Position numbers and translations under genes: made by a program | Shown: one piece after another, positions 50,894-64,000 of the stretch | Layout of the letters: every line of letters starts with the position of its first letter | Numbering within the stretch: the first letter of the stretch is position 1 | Source of the DNA: Octopus bimaculoides | Taxonomy: Eukaryota | NCBI RefSeq assembly: GCF_001194135.2 | Contig: NC_068991.1 | Location: 73,057,609-73,121,608, forward strand | Length of the DNA: 64,000 bases | Reading direction: 5' to 3' | Notes under the pieces: model-generated | The model's input: the letters and a program-made list of their open reading frames with translations, nothing else | Told to the model about the DNA's origin: nothing | Database searches by the model: none

Positions 50894-52591
50894 AATATTT
50901 CATTTTCCTTGCAGAAACAAAGTATGAATACTTTATAGTCATACATTTAATCCTACATTTTCCACAATAAGCAACCACTAGTCGATGACTGCTCCGTTTA
51001 CTCGACATGTGTAAAATATAGTTAATATTTCATGTTTTTATTCATTTTTCTTGCAGATTCCTAAGTATATCCATTTCATTGTCATACCTTTAACCTTACA
51101 TTTTCCATGATACGCAACCACCTGTTCGATGACTTCTCAGTTTGTCACACAGTTCTCGTATATTCTTTAAATTGGTCTCACTTCTCCTCATATCATACAT
51201 AACCGGGTGACAATGTTTCTTTATTTGATATTAGTATATCTAAACTATAATTATTTAGAACTATAAATCTCTTAAAATATCTCCTGCATAAATTATATCT
51301 TTTCTGTAACTATCCTCTTCAACTGCACCAATTTTTATTGATTCTCCAGACATATATATATTACTCATTTTATTATCGTTATACTTGTTATAATTCCTTT
51401 TATCTACACAGTGCCTTCCAATACTAGTTATTTAAATACCATAAATCCTACAGTAGATTCTTCTAAAATATATTATTCGCTTCTTGAATACTTTCTATTC
51501 TTATCCAAATACACATATTTCTTCTTATAAACCTTAATGGCTGTTCGCTTTTCTCTTTAAAGAAAACTCTTTTCAATATCAGTTTGCTACTAACGCATTA
51601 CAAACACCAATATTTTAAACCTTCCTCTCTACTTCCTTTCTACATTATAAATGTATTACGTCATTCTTTACTCTTACTCCCTCCGTTTAAGACGGGAGAT
51701 TGGTTGGATCGTTAGAACGTCGGATGGAATGATTTGCGATATTCGTTCACACGCTCTCTGCAATGAGTTCAAATCCCATCCAGATCAACAACGCTTTTTA
51801 TTTTTAACGTCGTGTTCGAAAAATGAAGTTCCAGGGAAATACTAGCATCCATTCTTCTCTCCTTTTTTCTCACTTTCACTTTCGCTTTCCATTCTCTCTG
51901 TTCCCCGCTCAATCTTTGGAAGAAGACAGCTGTGTTCAAACTCAGAGAAGGATGAACTCGACCAGTTTCAAATCACCTTCGACGAGTCGTTTATCACGAC
52001 GGTGCTCCTATGACTCCAAGAAGAGTTCGGACGACCAACATCATTTTCATTACTTTTATGACCATCACTACTACTACTACCACCACCACCACCACCACCA
52101 CTAGATCTAACATTGTTATTGAGATGTTTAAAATCTAATAATTCATCTCACCCATATATGCTAAATCGCCCCCTTTCTCTACTGGTTCCTCCCCTATTTA
52201 TATTTACTGTATTTATAATTTACATTGTCACCTGCTATTCTATAGTCACCTTAGAGTTTTCTTTTTCATTAATCTTTACATCAGTTACTGTTCAAACATG
52301 ATTGTTAAACGTTTTCGTTTACCTAAGAAAGTCCCCCCCCCCACACACACACACTTACACACACGCAGACGCACGTACACAAGTACGCACTTAGTGCTGA
52401 AGCTTATTGTGTGGATGTTATAAGTTATTCACCTTCATCAAATATTTATTTAGTTTCACAATATGTCGGCTATTTTGATTTGTATATTTTGTTGTTGTTA
52501 TGATAAGCACTGGAGCTCGCTCTCATATTCACATATTTTCAAATATCTATGATTAGTTTTGGAACAATATATATATATGTATATATGTAGT

Positions 52592-52790
52592 GGAGGTGCA
52601 ATGGCTCAGGGGTTAGTGCAGTGGACTCGTGGTTGTAGGATCGCGACTTCGATTCCCAGACCGGGCGTTGTGATTGCTTATTGAGCGAAAACACATAAAG
52701 CTCTAAGAGGCTCCGGCAGGAGGTCGTGGCGGACCGTGCTGTACTCTTTCACCACAACTTTATCTCACTCATTGGAGTTGATGTACAGGA
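52592..52790 (+). mobile_element. SINE with a family C-like tRNA head
   Basis: ggtgcaatggctcaggggttagtgcagtggactc...ttcgattcccagaccgggcgttgtg. Confidence 0.8.
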
Positions 52791-53531
52791 TATATTCACA
52801 TGTATGCATGCAAATAAAGAAAAGCAACGATGATTAACATTCAAGTATAAATATAGTTATGCTTAGATATTGAAAGAGCACACTTACTCAGATTGCATAG
52901 ACTCAAAGAATTAGATGGGAGAAGATATGGTGTTACAAGTCCCGACAGCTGTTTCAGGAGTTTCGGGGTTTCGAGGTTAGGGCTAGATCGGGATTAGTCG
53001 CTGCCTTTTAGACGCTCCCGAGCCCACTTTCGCTAGGTTAGCTAAGGCTTAGGTTAAGGCTCAGTTGTGATCCGAGTATAACCTTTTCTGGCACAGAGGA
53101 TCGGGAGCCATTTTGAGCGTTCTATTTTCTTTGCAGGAAGGGCTACCAACCCATGCGCCAAGGGGGTGGGGCTAGATGATGGGGATGGTGGTTACAAAAA
53201 GGCCAGCATGTGCAAGTTGATCACCTCTTCCGGTCAAATCCCAACCCATGCGTTCCCGTCGTGACACCGATTCTGCAGCACTGTGTTGGGTGTCAAAACT
53301 AACTTGAAATTATAAATATAGACGTCTTTGAATCAGCAATGTTGCGTTCAGTTAAGTCCTATTTCGGGTGAAAAATTAGTGAACTGATTCTATACGGGGT
53401 TTTCCACTCAATCATGATGAAAAATCGATAAACTGATTCCTTGTGACTAAACTGTATTGTCCGTGCAAGAAAAAGACTACAATGAAACGAGTTTCTTTAT
53501 CAAATTTGTTGCTGTGTATTACCATTTTTCA

Positions 53532-53720
53532 GGTAGCGAGATGGCAGAATCATTAGCATGCCGGAAAGAAATACTTAACGGCATTTCTTCCGACTTTATC
53601 TGCTGAGTTCAAATTGCGTCCAGGCGGTTAAATGAACGCCATCATTAAGTGGTCGATAAAACAAGTACCAGTCATGAACTGGTGTCGATGTAATCAACAA
53701 TCACCCTCCCCCAAAATATC
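53532..53720 (+). mobile_element. Degenerate SINE, family B
   Basis: ggcagaatcattagcatgccgg...gagttcaaatt...gtaccagt...gtcgatgtaatc. Confidence 0.8.
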
Positions 53721-54304
53721 AAGCATTATATATATATAGTAAAGAGAACTTAGGGCCCTGTTTCCAGTTAGCAAGCATACATCTTAATAAAATAGGCTCC
53801 TTCCATGACATCATAGTCATTAATTGAAGTCTATTTAGGGCTACATTGCTTAATATTTAATGACAGACTATATAGGGAAATGTGAGTTTTAACGCCAATA
53901 AAGCGCGGGACTCGCTGGACGTCTGGCTGCTATTTCTAGCAGACTGCTCCGATCACGTAGACGCTCTTTAATTGACTTAACTTAACGAAGTACTCGTCGT
54001 TGGCAAAAGCAGAACCTAACGCAATTATCATAAAACAGCTTCAGTTCACGATATATCTATACTTAAAGCAAACAAAATAATGTAGCGTATCATTAGGGAG
54101 ATGATCGTTAAAACACTACACCGGTGCGGTTAAGTTAGATTTTATGGCTTTCATGTTTTAAAAATGAACGATATATCATGAATTATGGGTTAATGGTACA
54201 TTCTTTTAAATCATAGAATATATTTGACGGCATTTCGTCTGCCAATATTCAGCAAATTGTCGTTGGTTTAATTCACACACACACACACACACGTACGTTT
54301 ACAG

Positions 54305-54342
<38 letters not shown>

Positions 54343-54381
54343 GTATGTATGTGTGTGTGTGTGTGTGTGTGTATGTTTATG

Positions 54382-54412
<31 letters not shown>

Positions 54413-54502
54413 ATATATATATATATANNNNNNNNNNGTTTACACGCACGCACATACAGGATACACCACACACACGTGCGCATATATATATATGTGTATA
54501 TA

Positions 54503-54555
<53 letters not shown>

Positions 54556-54858
54556 TAGGATTTCGCTTAGGCATAGTCATTCTAATAAGCAGTCGTAACA
54601 ACTCGATACATTTATAGTTTGGAGTAAAATGTTAGGAGAGTACAGCGGATAATAGCAATGAATAAATGAGAAGAGGAGTTATGTAATCGTGTTTATTAGC
54701 TTACGGCTGTTTCCGTTATAGGTTTAATCAAACACAGCTATGTGATTATGCAACATTTTATAGCTACCTCGGAGCCGTTAAAGAAATAAATACTTATGTG
54801 CGTATAGCTGCATATATATGCATATATGCGCGCACGTGTGTGTATGTATATATATATG

Positions 54859-54908
<50 letters not shown>

Positions 54909-56921
54909 TGTTGTTTAAAACAGTTTGATTCGGTTTCCCTGCTACTTTAAGTTACGCAGGCCTTCACGAAGCCCGTCGTCTCCAGACTCTGGAAGTACTC
55001 TCAAAAGCAAGTCGAACTGGTTTAAGTAATAGATGTAAATCCTACTAAGTGTGTTATGTGCAATTGTAGAAATTTGTCATATGTCTGTATTTTCATGCTA
55101 AATTATAATACAACCGACGTAATTAAATTTTGCTCTGAGGTTTTCATGATTACGTTTAGAATAACGGGAACGTTTTCGTGTCATGTTTATGCGTTTTTCA
55201 AGGTTATTTACTACGCGTGAGAGGAGAAAAAAGATACACAATTTCATTGTTTAAAAAAAAAAAATGGGGAACAAAAGCGAAATCAGCAAATCATTACTAA
55301 AGGTTACTAAATGTTATTTCTTAAAAACTAACCACAAACGAGATCGCAGTCAGAAGTGATTAAAAATAAATCCCACTCAGAAGTGATTAAAAAATTGATA
55401 ACATTGTTTATGGTTAACTGTTACTGTGTTTGAAAATGTCTAAAGAAAAGGAAATGATATGGAAAAAAGCATTCCGCAAAATTAGAATTAAATTTCGTAT
55501 CAAGATGTTCATGATTTATAAAGAGCCTTAAAAGGGATTTCCATCATCGACTGTCAACTTCTCGTTGTGAAACCTTAAACTGCTAACTTTGTGACATGAT
55601 TTTCTAAGTTGATCCTATTTTACGTCCCTTCATTTCATGTTCCCATTCTATACTGTTTTCCCAAGGAATTACAAGCTGTACGATCGGAAAATATTTCGTG
55701 AAGTTAGATCTTACAACAAGCTCAACTTTTGCACTATAATTGCAGTACCGATTGGTTGGAGATGCGTTTTCACCAAACTTGCATACACCTTCCAGTCACT
55801 TGTCCCATGAAGGTGTTTGCTTAATGACTAACTTTTGTGTGGTTGTCTGCATTGTTCGACCTCGCCCTTAACAACTATGTGAAACTTCCTGCTCGTTCCT
55901 GTTGTATGGACCTGCCGCACTATTGTGTTAACGCAGCGTCAAAGACAATAATGGCTGGATTATTCCTTCATGAGATAACTTGCAGACTGCCAGAACACAA
56001 CGTAACAATTCATTACCTCTGTAGTGTTCCTCCAACCCTCTAGGTAGCAATAGCCGGCGATGTAATAACACCAGAAGCGCTTTCATGAATTATTGAAACA
56101 CAATTTTATTTGCTCAGCGATGTCAAATATTTGATGTTACATATGAATTATTTTCGGATACAATTTGTTAAATGTAAATTGAAATGACAAATGGTAGTAG
56201 TCAGATTAATTCTGTTGCTAAAGATTTTTGGCTGCGTTAAAGAAAAAAATATATATATTATACAACCTGAGGAAAATATAAGATTTTAAAACTTTATGTA
56301 ATACAAGTGGATAATGGAGACATTATCTGAATAAAGATAAGACATCGAAATCGACAGAGAATCTTCTGAAGGAGGCTATTATGTATGTATGCATGTATGT
56401 ATGTATGTATGTATGTATGTATGTTTTTGTGAGTCTATGTATCTATGTTTGTAAGCATGTGTGTATTTATTTATGTGTGTATATAACTGTGTATGAATGT
56501 ATATAAAAGCAAATATATTTGAAAATGTTCATACACATGTAGGCTCTGTATGTATATGAATATGCATGTATAAAATACGTATAAGAAAGTATATGCATAC
56601 ATAGACACACATACACGAAATCATGCACACCCAAACCCAGAAACAAATACATTTATAAATGCTTATAGATATATATATATACGTGTATGTATACATAGGC
56701 AACTTTATCTGTCTAAATATCTATTCATCTGTAAAATGTAATATAATAGACACACAGAAACACACAAACACAAACACACAGAGACAGACACACAGAGACA
56801 GACACACAGAGACAGACACGCACACAAACACATACACATATCTTATATTACATTATCTGATATATATTATACATTTATACATACATATACATATGCTAGA
56901 AATACATACACACTCATATAC

Positions 56922-56957
<36 letters not shown>

Positions 56958-57161
56958 NNNNNNNNNNNNNNNNNNNNNNNNNNNNNNNNNNNNNNNNNNN
57001 NNNNNNNNNNNNNNNNNNNNNNNNNNNNNNNNNNNNNNNNNNNNNNNNNNNNNNNNNNNNNNNNNNNNNNNNNNNNNNNNNNNNNNNNNNNNNNNNNNNN
57101 NNNNNNNNNNNNNNNNNNNNNNNATATATATATTTGTTGTTGTACTTGGGGATGGTCATAC

Positions 57162-57194
<33 letters not shown>

Positions 57195-57599
57195 CGTGTG
57201 TATAATACACACAGATATTTCATAAGTTTATGAACAATCTGCCTTCATGTACTTTTACTTTTATATATGTGCGTGCATTTGTTTGTACGTGTGTATGTAT
57301 ATATATATATATATCATCTTTGAGTGAGTGTACATGCATGTGTGCTTGTTTGTTCGTGGCATATTTAGCCTAATATACTATGCAGTTAATACGGAGTTTC
57401 CAGAATTTTCGGTTGGTTTTTCAGACAGGATAATCTTGAGCCTCGTTGAAGAATATATCTCGCTATGACGTCTGATAGACAAAGCCGCAACGATAAAATC
57501 CCAAGCCGGTTTTTGGCTGGAGTCAGAAATACGAGATGCATAATGCAAGGCAAAGAAGAGCTTGCAAAGGCACACACACACGCATGTACAAACACTTAC

Positions 57600-57618
57600 A
57601 TGCAAGCCTTTGGTTAGT
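57600..57618 (-). CDS. Candidate 19-nt micro-exon (ACTAACCAAAGGCTTGCAT)
   Basis: Long polypyrimidine acceptor (ccttcctatctttttctttacattatag) and a consensus GTAAGT donor. Confidence 0.2.
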
Positions 57619-57834
57619 CTATAATGTAAAGAAAAAGATAGGAAGGAGGGATGTTCTCTCTTGTTTATACACACTTGAAACCAACATTTGGTACGTGGAT
57701 GAACTTAGGGTAGAGGCGGTGATATTGAGGGAGTTTTGAGGGCGCAGAGTAGGAATAGCGGAATCTACAAACACAAGGATTTTCCTAGAAAAGAATGAAA
57801 TAATTAAAAGTGTGATGCGAAATTTCTTTTTTCC

Positions 57835-58352
57835 ACGAGAGTTCCGGACCCCAGTAATGAACTCATTTGCATACAGCCAATCAGAGCTCACCTTGACCTC
57901 GTTATCAGGTTAACGAACACACTCTACCAAATAAACTCAAGACAAAGAACGGTGTTGTAAGTCGACCGATCGCCAAGTTATGCCTGACTTTAGAAGGAGA
58001 CAAGTAATTAGATAGATTTGTATGTATACTTATTATTGGATTTTGCTAGGGTCCCATATGGTAAAGATGTGGAAGAAAAAATGTAGGTAGAGAGTGATGT
58101 GTTGGCAACCCTCTCCCCTTACTGTTTTACAAAGTAAACAACAACACAAATAACTACGCAGAGGCAGCCATAGTTGAAACAAGAACAAGAACAACAAGCA
58201 TTCTTAAAAGAGACAAGAAGCATGGCCATTCCTTATCCAATTGACCTTATCTCATCGCCCATCACTTGTCGTGCGCTCATAAATCAGTTTGATAGTTTAG
58301 CTTCGATTGGCTTTATGCAAATGAGTTCATAACTGGGGTCCGGAACTCACGT
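57835..58352. mobile_element. MITE of about 520 bp with 54-bp terminal inverted repeats
   Basis: 57835-57888 pairs with 58299-58352 with a few mismatches. Confidence 0.8.
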
Positions 58353-59204
58353 AGCGAAAACATTTCGCAGGCGGGATAGACACAATGAAATAATGTATTT
58401 TTTAAAAAATTTCTTTTACATCTAAGTAATTTCAAATTAGTCCATAAAGTAAATAACCAACCCCGATATTTTACATTATATAACTGAATATATCACACAC
58501 TCAAAGTTAATTCTTGGACTACTTACTATATAGGTTAACACAACACAAGGGATCACTCAAATTCTGCTGTAGTTTAACAACACTACTGTATGAACACTCT
58601 GGATTTACGCCTCACTATGAGGAGTCACTATGAAATTTCACGCTCTGAATTCTTTTGCATTTTTACTAAATTCCATACATTTTTGCTAAATTCTATACAT
58701 TTTTTATATCTTCTGCATAAATAAATTATTAATGACTTCATACCTCACAATTGCCTAACCATTTTTATGTTATTATATATAGTATGTCAAGTATATACAT
58801 ACTGCATTACATTTTAAATATGAGGCTTATTGTAGTCGCCATGATATGCAACATGTTTGTCCATGGAAACTTTTCAGTTGGATGGAATATATGGAAGTAT
58901 TTGCTGTAAACGGTCCGTTATATTAGCCTTACAGACAATACTAATTAAAAAGTGTAGTGAATATCTTTAGCTGAGATGAATTGAGTACATATTGCAATGC
59001 TTTCTAATATATATTCTAATTAGTGCTGCAGTGTTTAGCATATTGTAGAGTCAACATTACTGATAGAATAATCTCACGAACCTCATTTAAAGCAATGGTA
59101 GTCGTATTGCTATACTAAGTCATGCAGAGAGCATCAAAGATTATTAGAATTAATTATGCAGTGTTAAATGACAATATTAGTCAATGATTACTCTCATTTA
59201 GCTC

Positions 59205-59286
59205 TAAGGCGGTCAGCTGGCATAAACGTAAGCACGCCGAGCGAAATGATTAGCGGTGTTTCGTCTGCCGTTATATTAAGAGGTCG

Positions 59287-59362
<76 letters not shown>

Positions 59363-59590
59363 GTGTATGTATCTTTGTGTATAAGTTTGTTTCCCATCGC
59401 CAGCGTTTGACAACTGGTGTTGGTGTGTTTACATCCCCTTAACTTAGCAATTCGGCAAAAGAGACAGCTGGAATAAGCACCAAACATTACAAATACTAAT
59501 AAAAGATAATGGCGTCGATTCATTGGAGTAAAAAATTTCTATGCGGTGCTCCAGCATGGCTGTAATTTACCGACTGAAGCAACAAATAGT
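59205..59590 (+). mobile_element. Composite: family B SINE head (59205-59286), (AT)n, family A SINE tail (59366-59590)
   Basis: Each part matches its own consensus. Confidence 0.75.
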
Positions 59591-60029
59591 ATAATACAAG
59601 GATATAGCATATACAAATGATTAGCGTTGCCCTAACAGAGAGATTACTCTTAATCTGTGACATCGAAATTACGAAAACATCAAAAAAATTAGTGCTGTAG
59701 TATTTTTAATGCAAGGCACATTAAAAGTCTAATTTGGAAGAAACCTATGTTGACCGAAAGACAAATAATAATCAATGATTAATAGCCCCACCTCTATCAT
59801 TTACTTCTCAGATGAAATCTCTCCGGGTTCCATTTTCTAATTCCGGGTTTACATAAAGTAAACAAACAAGAGGAGATCGATCGAATGTATCCATATCCTC
59901 GTACTAATTTTGAGAAAGAGAGAAGCAAATTTAACTCCCCTGATAAAATAGATTTGGTGCTGAGATATACTAAGACTAACAGAAGGCTGTGTTCCGTGAT
60001 TCTGTTATATAAAACTAGAACACTACCAG

Positions 60030-60039
60030 TGTGTGCGCG

Positions 60040-60117
<78 letters not shown>

Positions 60118-60385
60118 CGTGAGTGTGCTTGTGTGTGTGCTTGTGTGTGTGAGTGTGCTTGTGTGTGAGTGTGTGAGTGTGTGCTTGTGTGTGTTTGTAT
60201 ATGTGTGTGTGTGTTTGCGTGCGTGAGTGTATGTGTGTGAGTGTGCTTGTGTGCGTGTGAGCGTGTGTGTGTGAGTGTGTATATGTGTGTGTGCGTGTTT
60301 GTGCGTGTGTTTGTGTGTGTATGTGTGAGTGTGAGTTTGTTTGCATGCGCGCATGTGTTTGTTTGTGTGTGTGTGTGTCAGTGTG
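60030..60385. repeat. (TG)n and degenerate TG-rich tract
   Basis: Directly visible. Confidence 0.97.
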
Positions 60386-61381
60386 TGTTTTCACACAATA
60401 CTCATCGATTGAAACGATGAAACATAAGCAAAGCAATTATTACGAACAAATACTAGTTTGGGAAAATAAAATCAATTGTTAGAGGCGTGGGCAAACGAAA
60501 TAAGTGGAGATGGGAAAAAAGAGAAGTTTTTATATTGAAATATAATCTTCAGTTTATTTAATTCAATACAATTCAATGCACTTTAAAGGAAACTACATAA
60601 TGTTGTCATTGTTTATATTTACTAACTTACGCACGAACATTTTTTTCTACGCACCCATATTCGCTTTCTCATACACGCATACTCTTTCTCTCGCCTTATC
60701 TCTCTCTCTCTCTCTTTCACACATACACAAACATTTGCTTTTTTATACAGTTTTAATAGTTCCAATCTGAAGACTGGCCGAGCTGGGGTACTACCTGTGT
60801 TATTCTTCTTATGACTAGAGACTTACTCTTTTAGTTTCTGAATTAGTGAGATACGCCCTTATTTGCATATTTAGTTTTCCTTTTTTGCCCTGACGTTGGT
60901 TCATCTGGGACGTTATCTAGTATAATATCTAAACATTTATCAAATATATCTACATCCTTCTGTATTGGTTTCTGAAAGCCTCGGCGAGATACGGTAAAGC
61001 TGCAAACTGTACAACTCTATGCTGTTACAGGCTCGTCACTGAATTTTGATAGTGAGGATGAAATCTTAGGAACTATGCAATAGAAAGCCCGTTAATGATT
61101 TTTGAAGCTCTCAATCCCCAAATTGTATAGGAGCACTTTCAAAATATTTCTTCTATAAATCAATGCATTTCTTTCATGTGTCTAACGAGTGAGTTGAATC
61201 TCAGTTCTTTTAATATCTCTCAGGAGCCAAGCCGTTACATTGAGGCGATTTTCTTAGCGCAATAATGTTGCCGTTTAGTTTAAAATTGTATGGCGTCAGT
61301 TATTCTGACCAATAGTTCAGGCGGCTGGAGGCAAATGTTCAACAAATAACTAGAGTGCCTTCTTACTTTCTCCTTCTAAAT

Positions 61382-61660
61382 CATAGGTTCTCAAAGTGGG
61401 CGCTACTGCTCACCCGGTGGGCGTTGAGAGGGTTCAGGTGGGTGCTGGAGGGTCCAGGGAAGCGGTAGAAAAAAAAAGGCATTAGGAGATAACAGTGGAT
61501 TGGGGAACGCAATGAATTTATAATATATTAAATATCAAATGATTCATAGTATATATAAATTAGTAAAATATAAAATATTTATTTATACATAAGGGTAGGT
61601 GCACTGAGAGTATTATGTGGTCATGAGGAAGCGGTGGCCCAAAATGTTTGAGAACCTCTG
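61382..61660. mobile_element. hAT MITE with 8-bp target-site duplication
   Basis: TIR CA(T/G)AGGTTCTCAAA at both ends; flanks ttctaaat (61374-61381) and ttctagat (61661-61668). Confidence 0.88.
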
Positions 61661-61669
61661 TTCTAGATG

Positions 61670-62260
61670 ATTGCACAGTCTATAACCGTCTGCCTCCTAC
61701 ACACTGTTACCATCGTAGTATTGTGTACATGAAACGTTGCTTGGTTGTTATATTTTCCCCAGGATATGTACCAGTTATCAATTTAGGATAGTAATCACTC
61801 CACTTTCTGTACATTCTCGTTGCATTGATATAGAAGAGCTTGAAATTTTCTGGTAGTAATTTGCATTGTGTTTACATCAGCCCACTGATAGAATTCATTA
61901 AGGGTTTGCAATATATCTGCGACATATTCTGAGTCCTTTATTGTCTGTGAAACTGCTATATCGCAAACAAAGCTTTTCCAAATGACTGTCTCTATGATAA
62001 AGGGCGTGTCTCATATCTAATAAAGCCATTACAAACAGTAATAGCTCCAAGGCAGAACCTTGGGGGATTCCGCTCAAAATCGGTGTTCTTTTGAGCAAGA
62101 GAGCAATCTTGATTGTAACCACGTGACACCTGATTATTAAAATGTGATGCAGCTGCTCTCGTAGTTTCGGAATACTCTCCAGATCATACATTTTGTAACA
62201 CACCATTTTAATTTTTGAAAAGTCTTCGCCAAGTCGAAACATATCATGTCCACATTGGAA
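61670..62260 (-). mobile_element. Degraded CR1/L2-group reverse-transcriptase fragment, probably continuing at about 61000-61373 beyond the hAT MITE
   Basis: ILSGIPQGSALELLLFVMALLDM resembles the RT motif SGVPQGSVLGPLLF. Confidence 0.75.
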
Positions 62261-62859
62261 GAGTTAAATTGCTGTTTCGACGCCCAGCGACATAGTCATT
62301 CTCGTCTAAGAACAAGAACAGTTAATTCTTTTAATTCCTTCTCATAATTCGTTCCATTACTTTGTTCATATGCATACTTACATACAAAAATACATAAAAA
62401 CTCATATATATATATATATANNNNNNNNNNNNNNNNNNNNNNNNNNNNNNNNNNNNNNNNNNNNNNNNNNNNNNNNNNNNNNNNNNNNNNNNNNNNNNNN
62501 NNNNNNNNNNNNNNNNNNNNNNNNNNNNNNNNNNNNNNNNNNNNNNNNNNNNNNNNNNNNNNNNNNNNNNNNNNNNNNNNNNNNNNNNNNNNNNNNNNNN
62601 NNNNNNNNNNNNNNNNNNNNNNNNNNNNNNNNNNNNNNNNNNNNNNNNNNNNNNNNNNNNNNNNNNTTATATATTTGTGCATATGTGCGTGTGTCTTACG
62701 ATCTAAATATTGTAGAAGCAATTTCTGTGTCATCTACACATCTTCATACATACATGCATGCATACATACATACATACATACATACATACATACATACATA
62801 CATGCAAAGGAATACTGGTGGAATGTACCGGTGAGACCTCAATAAAATGTAATAATTTA

Positions 62860-63240
62860 AGAGAAAGAGAGAGGGGGAGAGGGAGAGGGAAGGAGAGAGA
62901 GAAGGAAAGAGGGAGAGAGAGAAGGAGAGAGAAGGAGAGAGGAAGAGAGAAGGAAAGAAGGAGACAGAGAAAGAGGGAGGGACAGACAGAAGGAGAGAGG
63001 GAGAGAGAGAAGGAAAGACGGTAAGAGAGAAGGTGAGAGAGTTGGAGAGAGAGGGAGACAGAGTTGGAGAGAGAGGGAGACAGAGAGAGACAGAGAGGGA
63101 GAGAGAGGAGGAGAGAGAGGGAGAGAAAGAGAGAAACAGAGAGAAGGAGAGAGGGAGAAAGAGAGAAGGAGAGAGGGAAAGAGTGAAAGAAAGATTGTGC
63201 CGAAAAGAGAATGAGTGAAGAAGAGAAGGATAAGAGAGTA
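62860..63240. repeat. Low-complexity GA-rich purine tract
   Basis: Directly visible. Confidence 0.95.
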
Positions 63241-64000
63241 CAATAATGTCATAAATATTTTTAAAAATTTGATTGGATATCCATATAAAATGGCGTCTAT
63301 AATCGAATATAAACTACCTCCTAACCTGTTTCCGCTCTTCTCGTCTGCCTTTAAAACATTCAGTATACAAATTCATATACACACATTTATTCTCTCCGTG
63401 ATATTTACGCGCACATATTCACAATCTCGTATCATAATGCAAATATCGCCACTAATATTGATAAATACAACCATAAAATATCAAGTTTATCGTTGAGTAA
63501 GTAATAAAGCGTGATTCTCTTAAAATGTCACACCTATTAAAATGTCAACAACACAGCTTTCCTTTCGGACAACCAAACATATCGAATAAGAATAATAAAT
63601 AACAAAAAAAAACATCCTTTTCGTATTTCAGTTGGAAAGCTGTGTATATTGCCTTTCTGTATCACGCATAAAATGTTGTAAACTATTAATCTAGGATAAT
63701 TTATTATTCAGAAAAACATAAAAAACGATAGCAAATCACTCTGTTATTTCACCGTCAGTTTTTCTACAGAAAAGTGACCATTATAACACAAGACTTTACT
63801 ATTGTTTTCGTTTCCTTAAATTGTTTATATATCTACATATATATATCTTGTCTTTAGTTTCAGCTCAGAGCTGTGACCATGCTGGGGCACCGCCGTTTTG
63901 CTACACTGTTATTACCGAGAGCCTCCTCTAATATGTTGCACTTGGTGAAGAATGGTGTTTGATGTCGCTACTCTCATTTGCACCTCTTGCCGTGAGGAAA

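Noticed and set aside
53135-53265. Strong acceptor followed by a 42-codon frame (GRATNPCAKGVGLDDGDGG…)
   Set aside because: It lies in a GC-rich block that looks like an interspersed repeat and has no supporting exon context.
4911-53720. tRNA-like sequences with A and B boxes
   Set aside because: All continue into SINE bodies; none forms a stand-alone cloverleaf tRNA gene.
23960-58720. Short two-copy direct repeats (18 bp near 23972-24010, 17 bp near 55350-55395, 21 bp near 58662-58705)
   Set aside because: These are ordinary local slippage duplications.
694-63252. Most ORFs in the supplied track (YIYI, HTHT, CVCV, ERER, SLSL and X-filled)
   Set aside because: They are translations of dinucleotide or tetranucleotide microsatellites and N gaps.

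Overview
AT-rich eukaryotic genomic DNA from a gapped short-read assembly. The SINE families, the microsatellite load and the N-gaps inside (TA)n/(CA)n/(GA)n tracts match my recollection of octopus (Octopus sp.); this is recognition, not a database result. Most of the window is repeats: about 25 tRNA-derived SINE copies or fragments in three families, two internally deleted Tc1/mariner elements, hAT and other MITEs, and decayed R4/Dong-like, RTE-like, CR1/L2-like and Gypsy-like retroelement pieces. No host protein-coding gene could be identified. A few short segments have good splice signals and open frames and are listed at low confidence. Nearly every ORF in the supplied track is a microsatellite, gap or SINE artefact. 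The most interesting signal is a set of minimal type I hammerhead-ribozyme motifs. The best is a near-intact copy on the minus strand at 50607-50651, inside a 354-bp unit bounded by 26-bp direct repeats, which resembles a retrozyme (a non-autonomous element dependent on Penelope-like elements, PLEs). A second family occurs at 14434-14473 and 43864-43909, with several degenerate relics elsewhere. There is no CRISPR array, rRNA or genuine tRNA gene, and I recognised no conserved miRNA. SINE and relic boundaries are approximate.
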